Of a stretch of 45,095 bases of DNA, positions 30,301 through 42,300 are shown piece by piece (positions within the stretch are counted from its first letter, which is position 1; the number at the start of each line of letters is the position of its first letter). Under the pieces are notes generated by a model. It did not search any database. It was given only the letters and a program-made list of their open reading frames with translations, and was not told the DNA's origin. The stretch comes from Desulfomicrobium sp. (GTDB taxonomy: Bacteria > Desulfobacterota > Desulfovibrionia > Desulfovibrionales > Desulfomicrobiaceae): contig DPKT01000351.1 in the NCBI GenBank assembly GCA_003542385.1, positions 1,178-46,272 of the forward strand, written 5' to 3'. The translations under genes were made by a program, and so were the position numbers.

Positions 30301-33300
30301 TTGTTGCCGGAGATGACGTCGATGCCGCCGAGGGCGTCTTCGAAGGAGCGGATCAGGTCGAGGGTCATGCGGTCGGTGTCAGCCATGCCCGGTTCGTCGC
30401 CGGGGTAATCCGCCGGGTCGTAGGTGAAGTCGAGGAGGCCGTTGTCGCCGAGCATGATGTCGTCGCCGTCGTCGGCGATTGTCGTCGAGTTGGGCAGTGC
30501 GCGGTCACCGTACAGCAAATCCTTTTCGAAGCCGTTCAGTTCGTCGCCATCGTCGTTGTTCACGCCGCCGAGCATGATGTCGTTGCCGGCGTTGCCGGAC
30601 ATGGTGTCGGCGCCGCCGGTCGCTTCCTCGGTATCGGTGGTCGTGATCAGGTCGACGGCCGTGCCGAAGACGAGCAGGCGGCCGTCCGTACCGGACAGCT
30701 CAATGCGCGCGTTGTCGCCGAGCATGATGTCTTCACCGTCATCGTCGCCGGAGGATGCGGATGCGTTGTCTCCGTACATCGTGTCTTCGCCCACTCCGCC
30801 GATGAGGAGGTCATTGCCCTCGTTGCCGGAGATCTCGTCCCCTCCGCCCAGGATCACACTGTCGTCCACTGTCTGTGTGGCCTGATCCACCACCTTGTAG
30901 GGTTGAGAGATGATCAGTTCCAGCGTGCCGAAGTCGGGACCGGTCTGGAGCGGCGCGAAGCCGAGGGAGTTGCCTACGGACGCAGCCAGCAGGAAGCTCT
31001 GCATAACGGAGCCGTCCTTCCTGGCCAGGGTGATGCGGTTCCCCTCCGCGAGGGCTTCTATGTCGCCGCTCAGGTCCACGTCCTTAGGCACGGCTTCACT
31101 GGATTTGGCGTTTGCCAGGGCCGTGTTGATGGCCGCAACAAGCGCGCCCATGTCCGCATATTCACCTGCCGGCACCGTGACCTTGACCGGCACGGTGTCG
31201 CTGTAGCGGGTGATGTAGAAGGTTTGGGCGTGTTCGAGGGCGGGTGATTCGATGTCTTCGACGCCTGTCAACGCGACTGGGTCGAGGCCGAAGTCGAGAA
31301 GACCGTTGTCGCCCAGGATGATGTCGTTGCCGGTGTTGCCGAACAGACTGTCCGGGCTGCCGTTGACGCCGCCCAGGATGATGTCGTCGGCCTCGTTGCC
31401 TTCAATCAAGTCCGCGCCGCCGGTGTTGGTCAGAGGGGTGTCTTGATCGGTCACGTCGGACGTGTAGATTCGGCGGGCTATGCCGAAGTCGAGTTCGATC
31501 ACTCCGTTGTCGCCAAGGAGGATGTCCTTGTCCGGTGAGTAGAATTCCCCATCCTCACCTTCGATCTGCACCACGGGGGCGCGGCCGCTGCCGTGCCCGC
31601 CGTAGATGAAGTCGCCACTGGTGCCGCCGAAGGCGATATCGTTGCCGTTGTCGCCGAAGATGTGGTCGATGCCCACGCTCTCGGCGTCGGGGATGCTCAT
31701 GATCATGCGGTTGAGGCGGCCGAAGAGTTCGATGCGCCCGCCGTCGCCGATGAGGACGTCATCACCGATGGGGTTGATCTCGGGCAGAGCGCCTGCATCG
31801 GCCGGGGCGATGTCGCCGCCGATCCAGTCGTTGCCTGCCCCGCCGAGGACAACGTCGTCGCCGGCTCCACCGTTGATGGTGTCGTTTCCGTCGGTGCCGT
31901 CCCCGTCGAGGGCGTCGACGTCGACTTCAGTGACGATGAGGTCCAGCGTCTCCTTCAGACCGTCATCCGTGAAGGTGCCCACAAGGGCGTCCAGGCTGGC
32001 GACCGTCGCCCCGCCGTCGCCGATAAGGCGGTTGCCCGAGGCGTCGGTGCGGATCAGGGAGCCGATTTCAATGACGTCGCGCAGGACGCCGTCGGCCTTG
32101 AGCTCCGTCGCCTGAGCGGTGGTGTAGAATTCGAGGAACGCCACCAGCCCGTCGTCGCCGAAGACGATGTCGTTGCCGGCCTCGCCGTCGATTCTGTCAT
32201 CGTCTGCGCCGCCGAAGATGGTGTCGGGGTTGATGCCGCCCTTGATGGTGTCGTTGCCGGCGTCACCGAAGATAATGTCCGCCCCGCGGTCGCCGTAGAG
32301 GCGGTCTGCACCTTCCTGGCCGCGGATGTAGTCGTTGCCGTCCTCGCCGAAGATGGTGTCGCCGGAGTCGGGATCGCCGTCAGCGACCGTGTCGGCGTTT
32401 TCGGTGGCGTAGGCGTCGGCATAGCCGAACATGATGTCGTCATGGGCGCCACCCAGCATCAGGTCGGAACCGCCGCCGCCGTACATGGTATCCATGCCGG
32501 TCTGGCCGAGCATGCGGTCATTGCCGGCGCCGCCTTGGAGGAGATCGTAGCCGTAGCCGCCGTACATGACGTCTGCGCCGTCCTGGCCGAAGAGCCGGTC
32601 ATTGCCGCCCGTACCAGTGTCGGTCAGCCGCAGCGTCAGGTAGCCGAACTGGTCGTAGCCAACCATTCCGGCCTTGGCCGCATCGGGTGTCCAGACGGTC
32701 GAGGGGAGTGCGCCGCTCGCATACTGGATGTTCACGCCGTCGCCGATGAGCAGATCCTTGTCGCCGCCGCCTTCCAGCCAGTCGTTGCCTCCTCCTCCCA
32801 CGAGCAGATCGATACCGGCGTCTCCCAGCAGATGGTCGTCCCCGTCGTTGCTGCCCGGCATCACGAAGAGGCGCTTCAGTGTCGTACCGTCGTTTTCGTA
32901 GACCAGAGTGCCGCCGTCACCGAAGAGGATGTCGTTTCCGGCACCGCCTGCGATGGTGTCGAGGCCCTGTTCGCCGTAGATCACGTCTGCGCCGCCGCCG
33001 CCGATCAGGCTGTCGTTGCCCAGGCCGCCGCGGATCAGACCGGCACCGGTGCCGCCCGTGACCTCGATGATGTCGTCGCCGCTGCCGCCTTCAATGGCGT
33101 AGGTGATTCCCGAGGTTCCGAGATCCAGGAATATCCTGTCGTCGCCCTCGCCGCCGTAGGCGATGATGTGGTCGGCCTTGTAGACCTGGGCCGCGCTCTG
33201 CGGGACGCCCAGGCCCCAGACCTCCACCTCGCCGCCGCCTATGGACCTGACGCGAATCTCCTCGCCGAAGTCGTCCGTGTCGCCGTTGAGGCGCGAGCCG

Positions 33301-36300
33301 GAGTTGGCGCCGATGTTCAGGAGCAGGGCGCCGTCGCCGCGCTCGGTAGCCAGGATGGGTTCACGGTCGAAGGGTATGCTGAATTCGAAGAGCACGATCT
33401 TGGGCGTGATGTCGAAGGTGTACTCGAACATCAGCGCCTTGATGTAGGCCCGCAACTGGGCCGAGATGTCGCCGTAGACGTCGAAGATGGCCACGGGAGC
33501 CAAGGCCGGGTTGCCTGTGCGGGCCTCGTAGAGGAAGGCTCCGAGCATCTCGTCGACGCGCACCTTGCCGTCGCGGTCAGGGTCGTAGAGGTCGAAGTTG
33601 ACCGTCAGGATCAGTCCGCCCTCGACTCCCGCGCTGGCGATGCCGAGGTTCAGCTCCGCCCCGGCGAAGACCTCGCCTTCCAGCACGAGTTCGGGCACAT
33701 CGGTGCCGCCCGTGCCTTGCGGCAGATCGGTGTCGCTGATGAAGAAGCCGGCCAGTAGGTCAAGGGGGTTCTCGAAATCGCCTTCGACGAATCTGGCCAC
33801 GCCCTCGGTGTCATAGCCGAAAGCAAGGTCCACGGTGACGCCCGCACCGATGGTCAGGACGACGTTGAAGGGGCCCCACACCGGGAAGCTTTGCCGCCAC
33901 TGGAAGTCAAGCCCGAAGGGCGGCAGGTCGTAGGTGATGAGCGTCGCGGGCCTGCCGAGCAGCAGCCCGAAGATTTCGGAAGGACTCTCGAAGATGGGGA
34001 AGCCGAAGCTGCCCGCTCCGGGCGCGGTGCCGTTCAGGACGCTGGAACTGGTCGCCCCGGTGGAACCGCTCGTGTCGATGCCGTCGAGGATCGTGTCCAG
34101 CCCGTCCTCGAACCCGCCCAGGGCATCGCCCAGGGAGAACCCGCCCTCGCCGCTGGAGTCGCTGCCGAGGTCGAAGTCGGGCAGAGTCAGGTTGAACTTG
34201 AGCTCGTCCGTTGAACCGGGGCCGATGATGCTCAAGCTGCCGATGGGCACGATGAGGGAACCGGGCTCGGCCGGGATGCTGTTCACCAGGGAGATGATGT
34301 CGGCGATGGCGTAGATCATGCCTGTTTCGACGTAGCCGGTCAGACCGGCGATATCGACCAGGGTGATGGTCCGCCCCGCCAGGTCGGAGACCACCGGAAT
34401 CCGCGCGGTCATGAAGTCGATGACAGGCTGCAGGGGTTCCGTGATGTCCTGGATGTTCTCCACGATGGGCCCGAGGAAGTCGCCGAGGAAGGAGCCCATG
34501 TCGATGCCGACATGGCGGAACTCAACCAGTTCGAGCATCTTCGAGAAGTCGTAGTTCTCGGCGCCGATGAGATCGCCCGTCGACCAGTCGAGGACGAATT
34601 GCGCCCCGACCTGCGGGATGAGGGCCGACACGGCGTCGGGGATGATGTCTTCGTTGAATTTTGCGACGAGTCCGAGGTTGACCTCGGCGTCGACCTGGAG
34701 GTCCACGTCCGCGCGCAGCTTGCCGAGTTCGGAGAAGCTCAGGTGTTCATCCTTTTCTTCGTCGGTATCGTCCTCGTTGTAGAGGTCGACCTGGAAAACG
34801 GCCGTCAGCCGCGTCTCGTCGACATCGCTGTCGCCAGCGCCGTTTGGCCTGTTCACGAGCTGCTGTGTCGCGGCGTCCCAGTATTGCTGATCGAAGTTGT
34901 CCCAACTGGCGTCCACCTTGAAGCGATCACGGAATTCGTCGTAGGCGCCGGTGGCGTCTCCCGGGGAACCGTCGCCCAGGGAGAAGACGTCCACCTGCAG
35001 GAAGGCCAGCTTGCCCGAGAGGCGGTCGCCCGGGTTGAACCAGGCGTCCGCACGCAGGTAGAGCTCGTCGGAGATGTCAATGTCGTCTGTCGCATCATTG
35101 GTGGTGCCTTCAATGTCGAGCTTCCGCGGGTTGTCGATATCGATGTAGGCACCGTCGGTCCGGTTGATGCCGATGCCCAGGGCCAGGTCCCACAGCAGGA
35201 GCAGGTTCAGCTTGGCGTCGGACTCCAGGCCCAGGGCCGGGAAGCCTATGTCGAAGCCAAGGTCGATGTCCGGGGTGTAGCGGTCGCCGAGACGCAGATC
35301 CCACTGCACCTGGTCATCCATCCAGTCGGTCGGGGTGTCTTCTCCCAAATAGGTGAAGGTGATGAAATCGTCCGCCGTGTCCTTGTCCACGGTGCCGGCA
35401 TTGTAGGCATTCCAGTCGACGATGCTGCCGTCGGTCGGGTCGACGAGCTTGCCGAGGCCGGGCAGGGAATGGAAGGCCGCGTAGAAGGCGGCCGGATCGC
35501 TGGCATCCCACACGTCGCCGCCGGGGCCGAGGATGGTGAAGAGGAAGTTCTGCACGAAATCGCCGGCCACTTCGGGCGCGTTGGCGATGATATCCCTGAA
35601 GGGCTGGATGATCTGGCTGCGGATGTTCTCGATAAAGTCGCCGCCCGCCGCCAGGCTGTCGCCGATGAACGGCAGTTCGATGCCGAAGACCTCGCCGTAG
35701 AGGAAGTTCTGGACCTGCTCCATGAACAGATCCAGGGCGTCGATGGCGAGGCCGACGTTGTCGAAGAGGCTCAGGTTGCTGAAGTCGATGCTCGACAGGT
35801 CGGGAACGTAAGGGATTAGGTTGCCGAAGACGAAGTCGCCGTCAGCCGAAAGCGAGATGGTCGGATTGAAGCGGATGTCTCCCAGGTAATCTGAGTCTGT
35901 GGGGAAGAAGAGCGGCAAGGTGGCGTTGACGACCGGATCGGCGATGCCCGAGAGGTCGAAGCCTTCAAAGGCGCCGGCCATGTCCACCCAACCGTCGGTA
36001 CCGCCGCTGAATTCAAAGCCGAGGTCGACCCGTGCCGTCCCGCCGGTGACGAACAATCCCAGCGGGCCGAGGGCCGCGTTGAAGGTCAGTGTGTCGCTGT
36101 AGGCCTCGAAGCTGCCGGTGATGCTGGTATCGTTTTCATAGAGGTATATTTCGCCGGTATCGAGGTTGATGCCGAAAGCCAGCCTGGCATCCACATAACC
36201 CGTCGCGCCGAGGCCCGCCGCGCCTTGCAGGCTCAGGGGGCCGAGATCGACGCCGGCCAGATCGCCCAGATCCAGGTCCACGTCGATGGCTTTCTTGAAG

Positions 36301-39300
36301 CCCACGGGCAGGCGCAGATCGATGCGAAGGATGTCGTCGCCGTCCAGGGTGGCGAAGGCGAACTTGAGCACGTCCGAGGCCGGGTCGGTGATGCCGTACT
36401 GCTGGAAGTAGGCCTGCATGGCCGCGGCCGGGTCAAGTTCCTTGCTGAAGTCGGGCAGCCCGAAGTTCTCCCGGATCTTCTGGGCCAGCATCTGCAGGCT
36501 TCCGGCCGGATTCTGCCGGATGTCCTCCACTGCGGCGCGCAGACGGTCGACGAAGTCCATGACGTCGTCGAGGCTCAGGCCCAGGAACGGGATTTCGGTC
36601 CTGAAGAAGTCGTACGTGGTGTCGAATTCATCCAAGAACCCGAGCAGGCCATCCATGGCGTCCATGACCTGATCGAAACCGATGTCCTGGAAATCGCCGA
36701 GGTTGCCGAGGGCTGTTTCGAAATGCTGTCCGAGGCTGTCGAGGACATCCAGGGTCGGCAGGCCGGGGTCGAACGAACCGATTTTTTCAAGCGCTTCAAT
36801 CCCGGCGTCGGTCGACCAGTACGGCAGGCCAGAGAGCGGCGTGACAGTGAAACGTATCCCCGAGAACGGGGACGCGCCTTGGAGTTTCAGACTGCCGGAG
36901 GTGGCGACGATGTAGTCATCGAGTTTCGCCTTGGCGATTGCGTAGTTGAAATCGGCCACAAGGTCGGCAAGCGAGGTGTTCGCTGCACCGCCACCGATCC
37001 CCGTGTCGAGGTTGTCGCCGTCGGTGTTGTCGGCCAGCACCGTCACGGTGCGGGTTACGCCGCCGTCTATGGCCACCTCGAAACTGAAGTCTTCAACCAG
37101 GACATAGTCGCCAAAGGGATCACCCAGCGTGACGAACGGAGGCGCGGCGAAGGCGTTGCCGAGGTTGTCGAGGGAGACGATGATCCTGCCGTCGCCCAGG
37201 TTGAGCGGGGTGGCCATCCCGGAGATGGCGCCGTCGAGGGTGGCCAGGAGGCCGAAGTCGGCGGTGCCGGTGAACGTGGGCCTGCTGATGACGGCGGACA
37301 GTTCGTCGATGGTTCCGGGCAGAACAGCCTTAGTGACGCTGTCCTCGGCCGTGAGTGCTTTGAACAGGTCGGTCATCGTCCGCTCAGGCGGACCAGCGTA
37401 AACGATGCTGCTGGCGAAGTCGCCGGTGTAGAGGGTTTCCTGGGGAGCCCCCGGTTCGGCCTGGAGAGATTCGTCGATATCGGGTGTGGCCGGGTCGTCG
37501 GTTTTCATCCAGGGCGTGGCAACGCTGGGGTTGAACGGTCCGATCAGGTTGACGCCGACGAAGCCGAAGGCTCCCTTGGCGCTCAGTGCGTCGTATTCCG
37601 GCGTGGAGGGGTCGTCGATGGCCTTGACGGTGACGGTCGCGTCAAGGAAGGGCTCGGAGCCCAGGTTGCGCACGAAGACGCGGTCGGCCAGTTTGATGGC
37701 GGCAATGGCTTGACCTTCGATCAGCCCATCCGGGGTTTCATCGACGGTTGTCGTGTCGGCCCCGAATATTCCCAGAGAAATTGCCGCGCCGCTACGGTTC
37801 ACCGTATCGACTCGGAACAGGGATGAACCCGTCGAGGAGTCGCGCAGGTTGATGGCCGTGCCGGAAGCGTCGTATTCGAGCGTGACCAGATGATCGGTCT
37901 GTGCGTAGATTCTGTCGGCGACCATTCCGATGTTTGTCGCGTCGTCAAGGGACACGCGGTAGACATGGCCATTTTGCGTGTAGATCAGCAGATCCGCGGA
38001 ATCAGCTTCGACGACTCCGTCGATATCAGGCGGATCGAGTTGTGGGTGTGGTATCAGATGCAAATCTGTCGCCGCAGGATTCGTCGGCGAGAGGGCTTCC
38101 ACGCTGAAGCCTGTGTAGTCGGTGCCGATCTCGGCACCCGCCGCCTGCATCAGCACCATCCGGTAGCCGTCGTTGGATGCGGCAACGTACGGGCGCAGGT
38201 CGACGACCACGTCGTTTGACGGGTCGGCGTCGCCGTCAAACAACACGGCCTTGCTCAGGGCGCGGTTCATGTCCGAGACCAACGAGTAGATGCTTGAGTT
38301 GTCGAGGTAGTCAGCCCGTCCCGTCGCAGGGTCGACCGTGCCGACCTTGACCGTATAGGCGTTGCCGTCCAGCGTGCCGCCCGTGAAGCTCACCGTGAAC
38401 GTGGCTTCGCCGCCCGGACCGTAATAGAGGGGCGCGGACTTGTTGGCGAGCACGGATAGATCGGCGGTCGCCGTCTGTCCGGTTTCAATCCCCAGCGCCC
38501 CGGCGCCGGCGGTCACCTCAAAGGACAGCACGGACGGGTCGATGGCGCGTAGCACGATGCGCTGACCGCTGACCTGGGCCAGTATTTTCCCGGCAAGGTC
38601 GATGTCCGCGGAGATGACGGCGTTCAAATCCGCCACGAGCTCGGAGATGCCGGCGTTGGGGTCGGTGCCTGGGAGCGCACCGTTGGTGGCGTCTGCATCG
38701 ATATTCAGGGTTTTGTTCAAGGTGCCGCTGGTGGTCGTGATGGACAGGCCGAGGCTGATGTCGTCCGTCAGTTGGCCGAGATACGGCGAGGGGATGTCTT
38801 TGTCGCCTTTGAGTTGCACGCCTGCGGAGCTCATGGCCGTGCTATCGTAGCTGCTGTTCGTGAATCCGAGTTCTCCAGCTGAGCCGCCCGCCAGGACGAC
38901 AATATTGATGACGCTTGCCGAAGCAGCCTTGAGCACGATTCTCTGGCCTTCTGCCGCGGCCACGATGCGCCCTCCAACCCCCTTGTCGGTCAGGGCTTCG
39001 TTGAGATCGTCCACGAGGTCGCCAATGTCGTCATTGTCTGCCGTATCGGCGGCAAATACCGTGATGGTGCCATAAACACCGTCAAGTGACGGATCCGAGT
39101 ACGTCACGTTCAGCATGAAGCTCTGGTCTGCCGTGAGATGGCCGTCGGCTGAGACGATATCCGTCGTGGCAACAAGCGGTTGTAGCCATTCCCAGTTGAT
39201 GCCGAGTTCCTGTATGGCAGCTTGGGCCTCCATCCGGAAGAAGTTCACGTCGGGGTCGATGGCGCCGTAGACTATCTGGTTGCCGTCCCGACTGGCCACG

Positions 39301-42300
39301 AAGCGGTCCAGCAGGGTCTTGCCGCCGCCTATGTCCACCCTTCCGAAGGCAAGGTTGATGTCATTGACGAGGTCCGTGACGGTCCGGTTGCCGTCGGTGT
39401 CGGTCTTGAGCACGGTCACGGAATAGGTCGTGGATGATAACCCTTCGAACAGCGTGACCGTGAACGTCTTGTTCTCGGTGAGCTGCACGGATGCGGGCGT
39501 CGCTCCGGTCAGGGACACCGTGACCGCCTGTTCGGGTTGCAGCCCGAGTTCCGTGAAGGCGGTGCTGGTCGCTGTGGAATCGATGCTGAAACCGATCACG
39601 TCGGCATCCGAGGTGATGAGGCGGACGCGGTCCCCGACCGCTTCCGCAGTGATCCCGTAATCGGCCTTGAGATGCAGGGTATTGGCTGTGGCGTTGCCGA
39701 ATTCGTCGAGTTCCTTGGCCGCGTCCAGGGCCAGGTCGATGTCCTGCAGGAGATTTTCCAGGGTCTTGTTTGAGTCGGTCAGGCTCTTGGGAACCGTGAC
39801 CCGGGCCATCATGACCGCGCCGCCCGCAGTGGTTACGGTCACTTCGAAGATGGCGTCGGCCGAGAGACGGCCGACATAGCTCGAGACGTCGTCAACGCCG
39901 GTTACGGCCAGGATGTCGCTGATGGTGACACCCTTGTCGCCGTTGAGACCGCCAGTCCCGTCCAGCGTCGTCTCGGCGCTTATGGCTTTGGCCGCACTGC
40001 CCAGCTTGAATCCAAGAGTGGTGTTGAGGAACCCTTCCACTCCGACGTACAGCGTCGACTCGGTGAAGAGGCCGTCCAGGGGACTCAGGTCGAGGCTGAA
40101 GTCGGCCGGCACCGCGACGTCTTCAAAGGGGTGGCTGAGACGAATGTCGTAAGTCAGTTCGGACTTGCCCGTGTGGAAGCGCGGATTGATGGCGTCGCTC
40201 CCGAGCGGGAGCGCGACGAGCCGGGCGGCCAGTTCCTGCGCGGTGTCGAAGGTCACCACCAGATTGGCGTTGTCGCCATCCATGAGCCAGGCGATGAGCT
40301 TGCCGGTGTCTGTGGCATCGTCGGCGCCCGGCTTGGGTTGCAGCCCGTCGTCGCCGTCATCGATGATCAGTGCGTCCTCAAGCACATCGGCGAAATCGAG
40401 GACGTCGCCCATAACCGCCTGGGCGAAGGGGAGCTGGTAATTGGCCAGGAGTTGGCTTTCGGGCAGGCGTTCAAGCCATGATTGGAGCTGAGAAAGCCCA
40501 CCCAGCACACTATTGGCGTTGATGACGGTGAAGTCGAGCATGTTCGCCCATGCCGTATCCCCCGGCGACCAGTCGGCCGGGTCGATGTCCGTGTCCGCCT
40601 TGTCTGTGCGAATTTGGAGCAGCGTTTTGCCGGCGGCGTTGGTCAGGTTGAAATCCGGCCGGTCGTATTCGTCCTCGCCTTCAACCATGCTGAAGCCGGT
40701 GAAGGGGTTGATGTTGACCTTGAGGGTTGCCGTGGGCTCATAGACCATGCCAAACTGGTCCTTGAGGCCAGCCTTGACTTTCAGGGGGAGGCTGATCTGC
40801 AGGGCGTCGTCCGTGTTCCAGCCGGCCTTGTTCGAAAGGAGATTGTCTGCGGAGGTGCTGTGAAGTTCGTCGTAGGTGATAACGTTTTCGGCATCGAGGA
40901 TGAGGGCGCGGCTGATCTCGATCGATTTGGCATCGGGCTGCAGGAGGCTGGTCCTGTAGTACAGTTCGATGTTGCCTGCGTTGTCCCGCGCGAATACTCC
41001 GTAAGAAAACAGTGGGCTGATCATTTGGAATTGCAGGTTGGAATCCCGCAGTTCCGCATTGATGTCTGAGATCAGACTAGCCAGCGTGACGACGTCGTCG
41101 CTGGGGTCGCCGTTTCCATCGTCGAACAGAGTCGGCGTCACAGTGACCAGGATTGGTAGCGCTCCGTCAACGGAAACGAGGAAGCTGACAGGCGTCACAT
41201 CGGTGGTGCCGATCATGGACGCAGCACTCGTGGCGGTAATGGTTTCGTAAGGGTCCGCATAGAGTTCATTGCCGCTGAAGCCCAGTGGGGTGATGTCGGC
41301 GTCGGGCAGGGAGAACTTGAGACGCCATTCCCCCCCGGAATAATATTTACCCGCAGTGATCAGACCGCTGAGGTCGTACGGCGACGCGTCAGCCAGGGCG
41401 TCGTTGATGTCGTCAATGAGATCGTCGAGGGTCGCGTTGTCCTGGGTGCTGGCCGCGGTGATCTTGATCTGCGATAAGGGCGACGTGGCGGTCAGGCCTA
41501 TTTTCAGGGTGAAAATGACGTCCGAGGGGAGGATGAAGTTTTCCGGCTCGGGCACTTCCCCGGCCAGGAGACCTGTCGTGCCCATGACCGGGAGAGTCTG
41601 GACAAATCCGAGGGCGTCGGGATGGCTCGGGTCGTGGAACAGGGTGTCCACACCCATGTCGATGAGGAACTCGCCAGTCGATGTGCTCGTGCCCAGGAAG
41701 CCCACATTGACGTCGGTCACGATGCCGGTGTGATGGGCCTTGACCCCGATTTCCAGTGAACCGTCGGGAACCGTGATGAAGAAATCGTGGACATCCGTGG
41801 GGCCGGTGGGAGTTCCATCCGGGAGTGCCAGGGTGTCGGGCGGCGGAGTGGGATTGGGGATGGTCTTTGCTGCGTAGCCTTGCAGGCCAATGATCAGGTC
41901 GTCGAAGTATACCCCCGCCTCGACCTGGATTTTGGTGGCTTCCAGTCCTGGTTCGGCGATGCCGCTCGAATTCGCCGGCTTTTCGGTGCCTACGGAGATG
42001 TTGAGTTGGTCGGACTGATAGCCGAGGTCCATGACGACATCGTGGTTGAAGACAAATTTGACGTCTTCCATCGTCAGCGTGAATCCGGGCCCGAGGTTAT
42101 GGGCAGTGACGGTGCCGATATCGACTTCGACCAGGGATTCACCGTTCGTGGCGAGCAGTTGTCCCGACGGATAGGCCGAATGATATGCGTGGCCGGAGAC
42201 GAGGGCCGCAGGAGCTTGCAGGCCTGATTCAAGGAATGTGTCGAGCTCGGCCAGGAATTCGCTGACGGACTTGTTGACCCAACTCGAACCATCCCATTTC

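Noticed and set aside
24195-37826. Long + strand ORFs (807, 839, 621, 721, 435, 533 aa) opposite the giant gene
   Set aside because: They are antisense shadows expected from high-GC codon bias and show no recognisable motifs. The same applies to 14920-17364 and 3725-5257.
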